A DNA stretch of 20,000 nucleotides from Fonticula-like sp. SCN 57-25 (Eukaryota), in assembly GCA_001724245.1 (NCBI GenBank), contig MEDX01000005.1, positions 52,655 to 72,654 on the forward strand, written 5' to 3'. Positions within the stretch are counted from its first letter, which is position 1. Each line of letters starts with the position of its first letter. Made by a program: the position numbers and the translations under genes. Of the stretch, positions 1 through 9,235 are shown in pieces. Under the pieces are notes generated by a model. The model had not been told where the DNA came from. It did no database searches and was given only the letters and a program-made list of their open reading frames with translations.

Positions 1-1
1 G

Positions 2-1285
2 CTCACGCCCGAGAAGCAGCAGCACTGCATGAACATGCTCTTTGTGCTGGACATTCGTCGTGAGCGCATCCTCATGGACTTTATCGATCAGCTCGCCCAC
101 AAGCCGGGAAACATCAGAAAGCCCCTGAAGACGCGTTTCGTAGACAGTGGCGAGGAGGGACTCGACCGCGGAGGAGTGCAGAAGGAGATGATGGCCGTTG
201 CAATCAGGCAGTTGTTTGACCCGGACACGGGGCTCTTTGTGACAGACGACGAGTCGCAGCTTTGCTGGTTTGATCCGGCCGCGACGAGCTCGGCATGGAT
301 GTTTTTCTACGTTGGGCAGGTGCGTTGAGAAGGGAGGCAGAGTGGAATGGGCAGGTTTGCTTCTGTTTCACTACGTTTTCGCTTCACTGTTGGCGGTGCT
401 TTTATACTGATTCGTTTGTCTCGCGATAGATTCTGGGCCTTGCATTGTACAATGGGATTGTTGTTGATATTCCGCTACCGTCCTTTTTCTTCTCGTCGCT
501 TCTTCTACGTTCCCACTCGCACACGCTCGACGACCTTGCAGAGCTGTTTCCTGTGCTGGCGCGCTCGCTTAAGGCGCTCTTGGATTATGAGGGCGACGTA
601 GAGCGCGACCTTTGCCTGACGTTTATGGCGGATGATGTGCCTCTTTGTCATGGCGGCGAAGAGCGCGCGCTCACAAATGACAACCGGGACGAGTTTGTGG
701 ATCTTTACATTGCCTACAAGCTAGAAGACGAGATTCTTCAAATGAAGGCCTCGCTCCTGAGGGGGTTTGCGCGTATCGTGGGCGACCTCGAGACGCTTTC
801 GGTACGCCTGCCTCTACTGCTTTTATTCGTTCTCACTGTCTTTATAGCTGTTTTCACCGGCGGATCTTCGGAGGATTATGTGCGGAACAAGCCACATAGA
901 CTTTCAGCAGCTCGAGAGCGTCGCTACGTACGACGACGGCTACTCTGCTAGCCACCAAACAATTAGGTACGCCGGGCTTTGCTACATTGGTGGCTCCTTC
1001 TCTGATGCATGCTGTTATAGGGACTTTTGGTCTATTGTACATTCTCTTGACGAGGAGATGCAAAAGAAACTTTACGTCTTTGTAACGGCGAGCGCGCGCG
1101 TTCCTCCCAAGGGGATCGGTGTCGTCACATTTGTGGTCCATCGCAACGGCCCCGACTCTGACAGGCTGCCTTCGTCGCTGACGTGCTTTGGGCGACTCCT
1201 GCTCCCCGAGTACAGTTCAAAGGATAAGCTGCGGAGGATGCTGGTGACAGCGCTCGAGAACTATAACGGGTTTGGGCTCGTGTAA
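2..1285 (+). CDS. HECT-domain E3 ubiquitin ligase (HECTD2/HERC/Hul4-like), 5'-truncated by window edge; exons <2-319, 430-801, 848-966, 1021-1285
   Basis: HECT motifs: KPLKTRF..GEEGLDRGGVQKE, FDPDTGLF, ILGLALYNG, YDDGY, FVTASARVP, catalytic RLPSSLTCF and terminal GFGLV*. GT-AG introns 320-429, 802-847 and 967-1020 restore the frame. Confidence 0.93.
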
Positions 1286-1436
1286 TTAGTTGCATGTTTC
1301 GATGGTTTGCATTGAAACACATTGTAAAACACAACGGCACCCATTGATTAGTATTATTGTATTATTGTAACACGTTTTAAATAGATAACATATTCGCAAC
1401 ACTGCGCTAAAATAAGTTGTTCCCATTGGGCTACTT

Positions 1437-3061
1437 TTATGCTGAAGGAAGCATTTTGTAAGGGTTCATGATGCCGTTGGGGTCGAGCTGCTTCTTGATT
1501 GTCTGCATGAGGGACACAGCAAGCGGGCTCTTTGAAAAATGAATATGCTGGGCTTTCATAAGGCCGAGGCCGTGCTCCGCGGAAATACTGCCCCGGACTT
1601 TCTCTGTTTTGGCATTAGAACGGACATCTGCTGTGGTAAAGGTCAAAACGCACCAACCCACTCAAAGACAAACGGCTCGATCATGTCGCTAACCTCCTTG
1701 TCGTACTTGCGCGCAAGAATGTTGAGATGCAGATTGCCGTCGCCGAGGTGGCCGTACCCGACGACCGCCATGACGCGGTCGCCCAGCCTGGTCCTCATGT
1801 CCTCGACGAGGCGGTACATGTCGGCGACGGGCACGCTCACATCGTACTTGTGGATCCACCCGCTTTCATTCCTCATCCCTGTCGCAAGCGATTCGCGCAG
1901 CGCCCAAAAGCTGGTAATCTGCTTTTCGCTGTCGGCTACGACGCCGCTCTCCACAATGCCGTCCGACACGCGCTCTAGAAAGACGCTCAGCTTTTCTGCG
2001 TCGTGCGACGCGATCGATCCCGACGTCTCGATGAGTACGTAAAAAGGAAACGCCGCTCCGCCAAAGGGGTCTGCGTGCCCATGCTTGAACTGAATCTGTG
2101 CGCTTGAGCCGTCAAAGAACTCGCAAGCGGACAAAACTTCGCCGAGCGATGAGCGTGCAAGGCTCAGCACTTGCAGAACGCCGCTCCAGCTTGAAACGCC
2201 CAAAAGAGCAACGTTGACAGCAGCGCTGCGCGCTGGCGCAAGAACGTTCAGCCGCGTGATAACGCCCAGTGTGCCCTCAGACCCAATGAGCAGCTGTTTC
2301 AGGTCGTATCCTATATCGCAAGTGTTAGCCGCTGAAACGGACTATCGCGAGTGATTCGCACCAGTATTGTCCTTGCGCAGGCCAGTGAGGTTGTCCAAAA
2401 TCGTCCCGTCCGGCAGAACAGCCTCAAGTCCCAGTACGGAGCCTCTCAGCGAGCCGTAGCGTACCAGGCGAACACCTCCGGCGTTGGTCGCCACGTTGCC
2501 GCCCACTTGGCAACTGCCCTTCGCGCCCAGGTCCAGCGGGAACAAAAAGCCGCGCTCGGCAAGGTACTGATCAGCCGCCTCAAGCACCACGCCCGCCTGA
2601 AGCTGTAAAATTCCAGAGACCGGGTCAAAGTGCTCGATCTTGTTCATGAGGGACGTCGATAGTACGATCTCGTCAAACACGGGCACTGACCCGCCCACCA
2701 GGCCGGTGTTGCCGCCCTGCGGAACAACAGCCAAGCGGCGCTTGTTGCAGTGCGACAGAATTGAAGACACTTCTTGCGTAGTGCGCGGGCGCAGTACTAC
2801 AGAGCACTGGCCGCGATACTCGTGCATCCAATCTTCGTTGTACGGCGCAACGTCATCCACCTCCGTCAACACGCCTCCGGAGCAGACGCTACGAAAGTAG
2901 TCAAGATCCCCACCTGATACGCGGGAAAAATGACTTGCACGTCGTAGTGAGGGAATGCGCTCGGAGGACAGCGGAACGGCAGACGACAGTGACGCAAGAC
3001 ACCGTGGAGCAGTCAACCTCGACGCCCCACGATGCGCGCGCAGCAACATCCCCACTGTCAT
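1437..3061 (-). CDS. DLD2: Mitochondrial D-2-hydroxyglutarate dehydrogenase / D-lactate dehydrogenase 2 (FAD-linked oxidase); exons 3061(or 3049)-2362, 2310-1654, 1603-1437
   Basis: Motifs [89 protein letters not shown]. Arg/Ser/Leu-rich presequence. Introns 2311-2361 and 1604-1653 have branch points and keep the frame. Confidence 0.95.
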
Positions 3062-3177
3062 GCTGTGATTCAAATGTTCGAATGTCAGTTTGCAACCACC
3101 AGTTTGCATCAAACGAGCATCAAACCCAGATCAAACCAGCATCAAACCGTTTTTTGCTGCTTCACAGCAGGGCAGTG
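3062..3177. promoter_or_regulatory. Putative bidirectional promoter between DLD2 and TEN1, with four ATCAAAC motifs at 11-bp period
   Basis: The divergent start codons are only ~116 bp apart. ATCAAAC starts at 3108, 3119, 3130 and 3141. Confidence 0.6.
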
Positions 3178-3665
3178 ATGGCGTCGAGAAGTGTATCGAT
3201 ACAGCCAGGTGTGGCTGTTTTTGTGCATGAGCTGAATGCCTTGCCACCGGCGGCATTGCTTGGTCGTTCGGTGCGCGTTATTGGACGGTACTTGCCTCGT
3301 CTTTGATAGCTCGCGACGATTCTAACAACCTCCTCACCCAGCGTCCTAGAATGCCACGCTGCACGTAACCGCGTCATCGTGGACCATGCGCAGGAGCAGC
3401 TGCTTGTGGACTCGTCGCTTCTGGTGGACGTGAAGCTAGCGCCGCGGACACTCTTGCAGTTCATTGGAGAGATCGAACAAACCGACGTACGACTTGGCCA
3501 GCGTTAGCTGTCGTTGCTCAGATGCAATTGTGTTGATAGGAGGCACCCTTCCGGTTTCTGCTTCGCGCCAGGGTGTCGAGAAATGTTACGGGAATGGACT
3601 TGACGCTTTACGAGCAAGTCTTGCGCTTACGGAGAGCGGCGGAAGCGAGCGTGACCGACGTTTAG
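3178..3665 (+). CDS. TEN1: CST complex subunit Ten1 (telomere-capping OB fold); exons 3178-3287, 3342-3486, 3540-3665
   Basis: Spliced product MASRSVSIQPGVAVFVHEL..GRSVRVIGR|VLECHAARNRVIV..LLVDSSLL..LLQFIGEIE..|..LLRARVSRNVTGMDLTLYEQVLRLRR matches the Ten1 pattern (G.SVRV.G; VD..L; FIGE; L.ARV.R.V.G.D..LY). Introns 3288-3341 and 3487-3539. The ORF track does not show it as one ORF. Confidence 0.85.
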
Positions 3666-3716
3666 CGCACCAGTGTTGAAAGGCGTTACTGTCTGCATAT
3701 CGCATTGAAAAAACGT

Positions 3717-4180
3717 TCATCCTGGCCAAGTGCGAGTGGTAGGGGGTGGTGAATGTATGAGACCAGCCTTGACTGCTTTGTAGTCGTTCTGGCTCGGCTG
3801 CTGCGCGTCCAATTTTGTTGGCCGCCTTATAATTGTTAGCGGTAGCGACTCCTTGTTCGAACACGCCGAGCAGCGCAGCTTAATGGTCGTGCTAAGATCT
3901 TCAGCCGACTTTCCCGCGGTCTTTGCAGTATCGTCGCACTCCACGCGCGGCGCGCGCGCCATGAGGTGTGCCAAGACCTGCGTGCTCACCAACACGTTCT
4001 CGAACTCGCTCGGGTTCCAGTGCGAAAGAAGCTCGTCGGTCAGGTCGTCGGTAGCCTTGCTCTTCTTCTTGCGACTCCTCTCCAACTGCTGTCGCAGTCA
4101 AACGACCTGGCGCCTTCTAATAAATCCTTGTCCGTCTTGTTCGATCTTGATGTTGCTGCGTTCGAGGACGGTCTCCGTTG
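3717..4180 (-). pseudogene. Degenerate coding fragment with a CxxC motif, possibly the N-terminal part of a DNA transposase
   Basis: The frame reads ENVLVSTQVLAHL..C..EDLSTTIKLRCSAC..NDYKAVKAGL. It has no ATG start or introns and lies next to a retroelement relic. The family assignment is tentative. Confidence 0.25.
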
Positions 4181-4181
4181 G

Positions 4182-4527
4182 TCAAGCTGGCACCCAGGCG
4201 TCGACGGCAGAATACCTGCCAAGCGAACCGTGGTGCCTCGTCCGGCACTCGATTGCTTGATGGCCAATCTTATGGCAGAAGTTGCAGACAATCTGCCGTG
4301 GAGGGTAGGCGCTCGGGGCGTGGTTGGCGGCGGCTTGCAGTGCCAGGACGTCAACCAGCTGCTTGACGCTGTCCTCCAGAGTCTTGAGCGAGGCGTTGGG
4401 TGCGGCGACCGTTGCGTGATCTTCCGCATCCGTGACGGCTGCGATCACCGGGATCCTGGGAATCGGCGTGGATCCGCTCGATCCCTGAATCGACTCGACT
4501 CGACAGGCGAGCGCGACGGCTTCGCTG
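4182..4527 (-). mobile_element. Ty3/gypsy-like gag relic (capsid C-terminal helix plus CCHC zinc knuckle)
   Basis: The frame reads FSEAVALACRVES...CNFCHKIGHQAIEC (CX2CX4HX4C). It is bounded by stops and has no ATG. Confidence 0.7.
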
Positions 4528-4529
4528 AA

Positions 4530-4593
4530 CTAGATTCATGATGTCAGGCCTGAAACAGGCTTGTCACAATAGCTGACATCATCATGAATCTAG
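4530..4593. repeat. Inverted repeat / branched hairpin
   Basis: CTAGATTCATGATGTCAG (4530-4547) pairs with CTGACATCATCATGAATCTAG (4573-4593, 3-nt bulge). The loop contains GCCTG-AAA-CAGGC and TTGT-C-ACAA. Confidence 0.85.
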
Positions 4594-4599
4594 AGGTTC

Positions 4600-4850
4600 T
4601 GCTGCACAGCATCGCATGGGTATAAAAGAATATAGGTGGCGTAACTGTCGACGAATGGGTGTCTCGTCGTGGAGGTTCACGTGGTGCTGCGCCGGCGACG
4701 TTCCCTCCTCCGCCCGTTCATCATCGGTCGCGAAGAGAGCCCGGAACTGGACCAGCACCTCTAAAAGGTCGGGGCAGTCTATGGTGGCCACCCGCCGCTC
4801 GACGCTCCAGAGAGCTTGTCGATGAGGCTGGTAGAGGTGATTCCTGACAT
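4600..4850 (-). mobile_element. Ty3/gypsy-like pol relic (protease-RT linker)
   Basis: LLEVLVQFRALFA...HHVNLHDETPIRRQ..Y resembles the 'LL.EF.DVF...H.I.L.D..PI...PYR' segment preceding gypsy reverse transcriptase. It is truncated. Confidence 0.5.
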
Positions 4851-5391
4851 AACTATTTATTGAATGCTCTCAGAGTACATGCAATCGTCACATTTGTACT
4901 CAATAAAATGTGCCTTGAAACAAACGACAGCATGGAAGTTGTTGCGCAGGCTGGCCACCCAAGGCGGCTTCATTTGCGGATGATAGACGAAACAAAGGGC
5001 AATAAACAAACCTTCGTGTTGCGACGCGAATGACGGCGTCCCTGGCGAGATAAAAAAATGAGAAGCGCTGATGACGACGACGGCGCTACGAGTGACAGGG
5101 CTGACGCCTCTACGGCAGGCGAAAAGAAAGGATGGCGACGTCGCAGCCAGAAACGCAGAGCAGCTCAGCGTCGGTGAAACCAGAACTGCCGTATGAAGGC
5201 GAACTTTATCGCAGCGATCTGATGGAGGCTGCAGGTGTTGTATTATGAGGAAGGAGTTTAGATGTTGTTGAGGTTTGTAGAGGTATATTCCTAATGCAGT
5301 ATGGGAATACGAAGAACAGGAAGAACAATAAACGCGCATGTGGAACACGAATGCTGCGGTATTTACACTAGGGGTCCTATTGCCGAGGGCG

Positions 5392-5685
5392 TCCTGCCGG
5401 TCAGCTACAGTGTGCGCTATTGGTTCTATATGTGAACGTCCCGAACGAGCAACAGATGTGTGCGCCTGTGCCAGGTCAGCGAAGGTGTCGTCGACTCGAT
5501 CGACGGACCGTTGTCTGGGCCGATGGTTGACCGTGAAGGGACCGGACGGTGACTCTTGTCAACCGTGTGTCGCGGGTGCTCGTATCTCCGCGAATACTTG
5601 TCGTAGAGCGATCATTCACAGTGCGTTCGAGAGCTCGTGACGAGGCGAGGCGAATGATATTACTCGAATGAGTGCGGCGCATGAA
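5392..5685 (-). repeat. Diverged repeat, copy L (inverted relative to copies M and R)
   Basis: Its reverse complement aligns with 6689-6942. Exact blocks: 5586-5612 with 6727-6753 (27 nt) and 5513-5527 with 6813-6827 (15 nt). Confidence 0.85.
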
Positions 5686-6467
5686 GCTAGAGGGCGCGGC
5701 CCGTAAAGCAGAGGGGGAGAGGTGGTCCCTGACAGTCACACGAGGGCCTCGTTCAACGATGAGCCATGGCCAACAATAGCCGCTGGGTGACAGCGCGATT
5801 CTGTTGATTGAACGGAAAATGGTTGTGAACTCATTTTGTAGTGCCCGGAACGGCGGGTAAGGGGGTCCATCGGGCAGGAGAATTAATGCCCTAAAAAAAC
5901 ACTTGTGAAACCGTGGGTAGCGAGGCTTACGCTTCACACGTTCTGTCGTTGGCAATGTGTGGTCACACCTAGGCGTTCGTAGCAGTAAAATGGTATAGAC
6001 GCAAATTCTACTGTGACAGTCCGCCTCATATGTCGCTATGTAGCGGTATCCTGCTCGCTCTGTACATAGCGATCAACCATCCAATCAATCGAGGATCGTA
6101 TATGAAAGTTTGATTTTGATTGGTCGGTGTCTATAATTTGTACAAAACACGCAATAATCTACTCGAACGAAGTCCAGTCGCCACGAATCTTTGATGACCG
6201 CATGCAGGAGGAGGAGGGCTGGTATCGCTGCTTTCTGACAGACCACCTATTGTTTGGAACTCACGGGTGTAGTATGGGGGGAATGGGGATAATTTTACTC
6301 ACGATGCATCTTCTTTTCGCTTCTGAGAACAGCACTCGATCAGTGAAGTAAATGTTCAAGTGCATTCTTTTCAAAACGGAAGACCTGCTCTACGGTCAGA
6401 TACTATTTCAAAAACAAAGACGTTTCAGGAACCACACCTACCACAACAATACATCCCGCGTTTTTCG

Positions 6468-6590
6468 TTACCAAGCGCAAAACTCTCTTGAACGGCACCA
6501 CTCGTCTCGTCTCGTCGCGAGCTCCCGAACGCACCCTAAACCATCGCTCAGCGACACGTATTCGCGGAGATATAAGCACTTGCCAATTTC
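6468..6590 (+). repeat. Diverged repeat, partial copy M
   Basis: CTCGTCTCGTCGCGAGCTCCCGAACGCAC...ATCGCTC..CGACA.GTATTCGCGGAGATAT is a direct partial copy of 6689-6770. Confidence 0.8.
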
Positions 6591-6688
6591 CACGTCGAGC
6601 ATCGTGCCAGGAACCACCCCCACCCCACCCCTACACGTGCCGTGTCCTCCTGCTCCGCACGCATCGTTCCCCTGAGTAGCACAGGTCG

Positions 6689-6942
6689 ACTCGTCTCGTT
6701 GTGAGCTCTCGAACGCACGTTGAATCATCGCTCTACGACAAGTATTCGCGGAGTTATGGGCATCCGCTAAACGAGGTCGATCCGGAATTGCCGACCGATC
6801 TCTTCACGGTCGACCATCGGCCCAGACGACGCCCTTCGATCGAGTCACACCATCGCTGACCCACACGCGCACACACGTTCTGCGCTTACCAGGACGTTCA
6901 CACGCAGGACCAATAGCGCGCACTACAGCTGCTGCCAGTACG
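6689..6942 (+). repeat. Diverged repeat, copy R
   Basis: Colinear with the reverse complement of ~5392-5650 over ~250 bp, with substitutions and small indels. Confidence 0.85.
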
Positions 6943-7889
6943 CTACAGTAGAAGAACGCACACACCTCGCAGCCTATCTCCGACTGGTCGAGCCCTTGGC
7001 ATAAGTGCTATGAAATTTGCCTCATGGCACCATGCTTCTGCGCTCTTTCCTTTGCGATACAATACAAGCTCGGGCACACTGTCACACGCGTGTCAGGTCT
7101 GTTGATCGCCGCAACTGTTACGGGTGGGATAGCATATCGTAGACAGAAGACGGGTAGCCTGCGTGCGGTCTTCTTGCAACATCGATGTGCATCGAGCATA
7201 TATTAAACACATACCTCTCCTTACTCTATCACGATGCTGCACTTGGTCAGCAGCTATCTTGAGCCTACGGACACCAGGATTGTTCCGTGCACGCAAATTT
7301 CCATTCAGTCTCTTCCTGCGTCGCGTCGTTCAGTACAATACTTCCCAGCACCCTACCATACGACCTCCTATGACGGCTGTGCTTTCATTCCATAGGCGAG
7401 TCACGTACTGTATTCTCTGTTCAGCAGCTGTGTTGCGCATCAACAACTCGGTAGTCAGTTTCCACAGATTCATCATGTCCACGACTGGCCACATCGTCCA
7501 AGGCCACCCCGGACGTTTCTCTCTTTCGTATGACATATAGATAGTGTGAATTTCACTGTATTGCCATTCTTCATTGCTGTCGCGAGTTTTTTCCTCGTCA
7601 TATCGAGCTCTAATTTACACAAATAACCTCTACAATCGCAAGGCTAAACTCCCACCCGCATCTCACGCCTATAGCACTACACGAACGCATGTGCACTGCG
7701 TGCGTCCAATTCAGTACGGATTACAGTACCAATACTAAGCCTGTCCGTGCGAATGAGAGGTTCGTATAGTATACCCTTCCAGTAATTTGCAATAATTCTA
7801 TGTCATCAAAGTGATGCGCTTGCAATCATCAGCATATTGCACCATGTCAGCACCATGTCACCATATCGTGCACAGAGCTGCGTGCGACG

Positions 7890-9027
7890 ATGAGCACCGA
7901 GGACGTGTGTCATATTGGCACAGGGGACTCGCTGCCTTTGCCTGAAATCAGCGCGCACAGCGCGTTACAACTGCCCAGCGCGCCGGGGCTTGTTTTCGCG
8001 AGTGCTGATGGCAATCAGGTGGATGGCGACGTTCGAGTCTTCACATCCTATGGACACTTTAACAAGCAGCTGGATCTGGAGGCAACCCAGTCCAGCGCCC
8101 TTTGTTCAGCAGGCCAAAGTGTCGGGCGGGTGTTTGCGCGGTGCAAGACGTCGTCAGAAGATCAGTCGACCGCCGACAGATGGTGGACGGGCAGCGCCGT
8201 TCGCGTGTCTGAAGGGTGCCTTGTGACGGCCTGGCACGTCGTCAAGGACACGCACGAGATCACGGGCACAAACGACGATCTTTGTGGCAAGACGTTTGTG
8301 CGCGACAAGGTGTGGGTTTACTTTGGCTGTTCATGCGTCGTCGACGCCGACATTGCACTCGGCGACAAGATGCACGGCTGCTTTGAGGTTGAAGTGTTGC
8401 CGCGTGTCGCCGAGCAGTTCTTTTCGTCTGCGTGGACCGTCCAGGGAGCCAACCACCAAGCGCAGTGGGACACTGTCAACGATTTTGCCTTCCTCAAGTT
8501 TGTCAATGACAAGCCGGACCTCAAAGATGTTCCGTATCTCGTGCCCTCCGTCACCCAGACGCCGCTAACCGGTAACGTGTTCGTCATCGGCTACCCGGGG
8601 GCCATCGGACGTGACCAGTTTAAAAAAAAAAAAGGACTACGCTCAGCAAGCCAACGCCGACGAGCTATTTGAAAATGCCGCCCGCCTCATGGGCAGCTTT
8701 CAACGCAAGACTCTGTCGAAGGGATCCATCGTCCCAGTTGCCCAGGTGGATCCAGTGCTCGCTCATCGATGCGCGGCTTTGCGCGGCACTTCAGGCGGCG
8801 CCTTCCTTGCCTTTGTGAACGGCTCATTGCGTCTGCTCGGCATTCACCTCGGCGGAATCGCATCAATCGAGAGCAATGTTGCCCTGCTGGCAACAGCTGA
8901 GCAATTCATGCTCGAGTACTTTAGTCACGTCTGCAAAGAGGACTTTTTCGAGCGGCACTGCCAGGACCGCGAGCTCGCAGAAGCGTATGCAAAGTGCCGT
9001 CGCGAGTACCCTAGCGCATTCGCGTAA
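7890..9027 (+). CDS. Intronless trypsin-like (PA clan) serine protease, frameshifted at an A12 run (8622-8633); 378 aa if the run were A11
   Basis: First frame: GSAVRV...LVTAWHVV (His), DFAFL (Asp) and VFVIGYPG. +1 frame: HRCAALRGTSGGAF (Ser) and LLGIHLGG. The two ORFs overlap exactly at the poly-A. Confidence 0.85.
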
Positions 9028-9235
9028 CGCCCTTTCCAATAGCGCTCGTATCGGAGCGACGAATCCACCGCTAACGATACACTGTTTGTGCACCCTATCT
9101 TCAATACATCGATTCAACCATGCATATTCATAGCGCACGCATTCTTGCAGTGAATAGTCGGACTGCCCACGAAATCAAATCGCACATCAAAATAGATTGG
9201 AATATATTCATGTAACAATCCACACGGATACGAAA

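Noticed and set aside
4857..5348. ORF 4857-5348 (-) and a faint Harbinger-like 'IV...L..MC' phrase on the + strand
   Set aside because: No catalytic motifs or consistent frame; too weak to call.
5583..5690. Alternative genetic code (TGA=Trp) suggested by TGG/TGA correspondence between repeat copies
   Set aside because: Neighbouring genes (BUD6, ORC1, NDUFAF3, methyltransferase) end in TGA and use TGG for Trp. Mutational decay explains it better.
5392..6942. Intact MITE/MULE bounded by copies L and R
   Set aside because: The arms are clearly diverged, their outer ends fade out, and no target-site duplication is visible. It is kept only as a repeat.
7008..7540. Short ORFs on both strands, including an ankyrin-like 'ASRGH..SV' phrase
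   Set aside because: A single weak phrase interrupted by stops, with no splice structure or repeat periodicity.
8619..8635. Classical -1 ribosomal frameshift at the A-run
   Set aside because: Joining the protease halves needs +1 (or -2), not -1.
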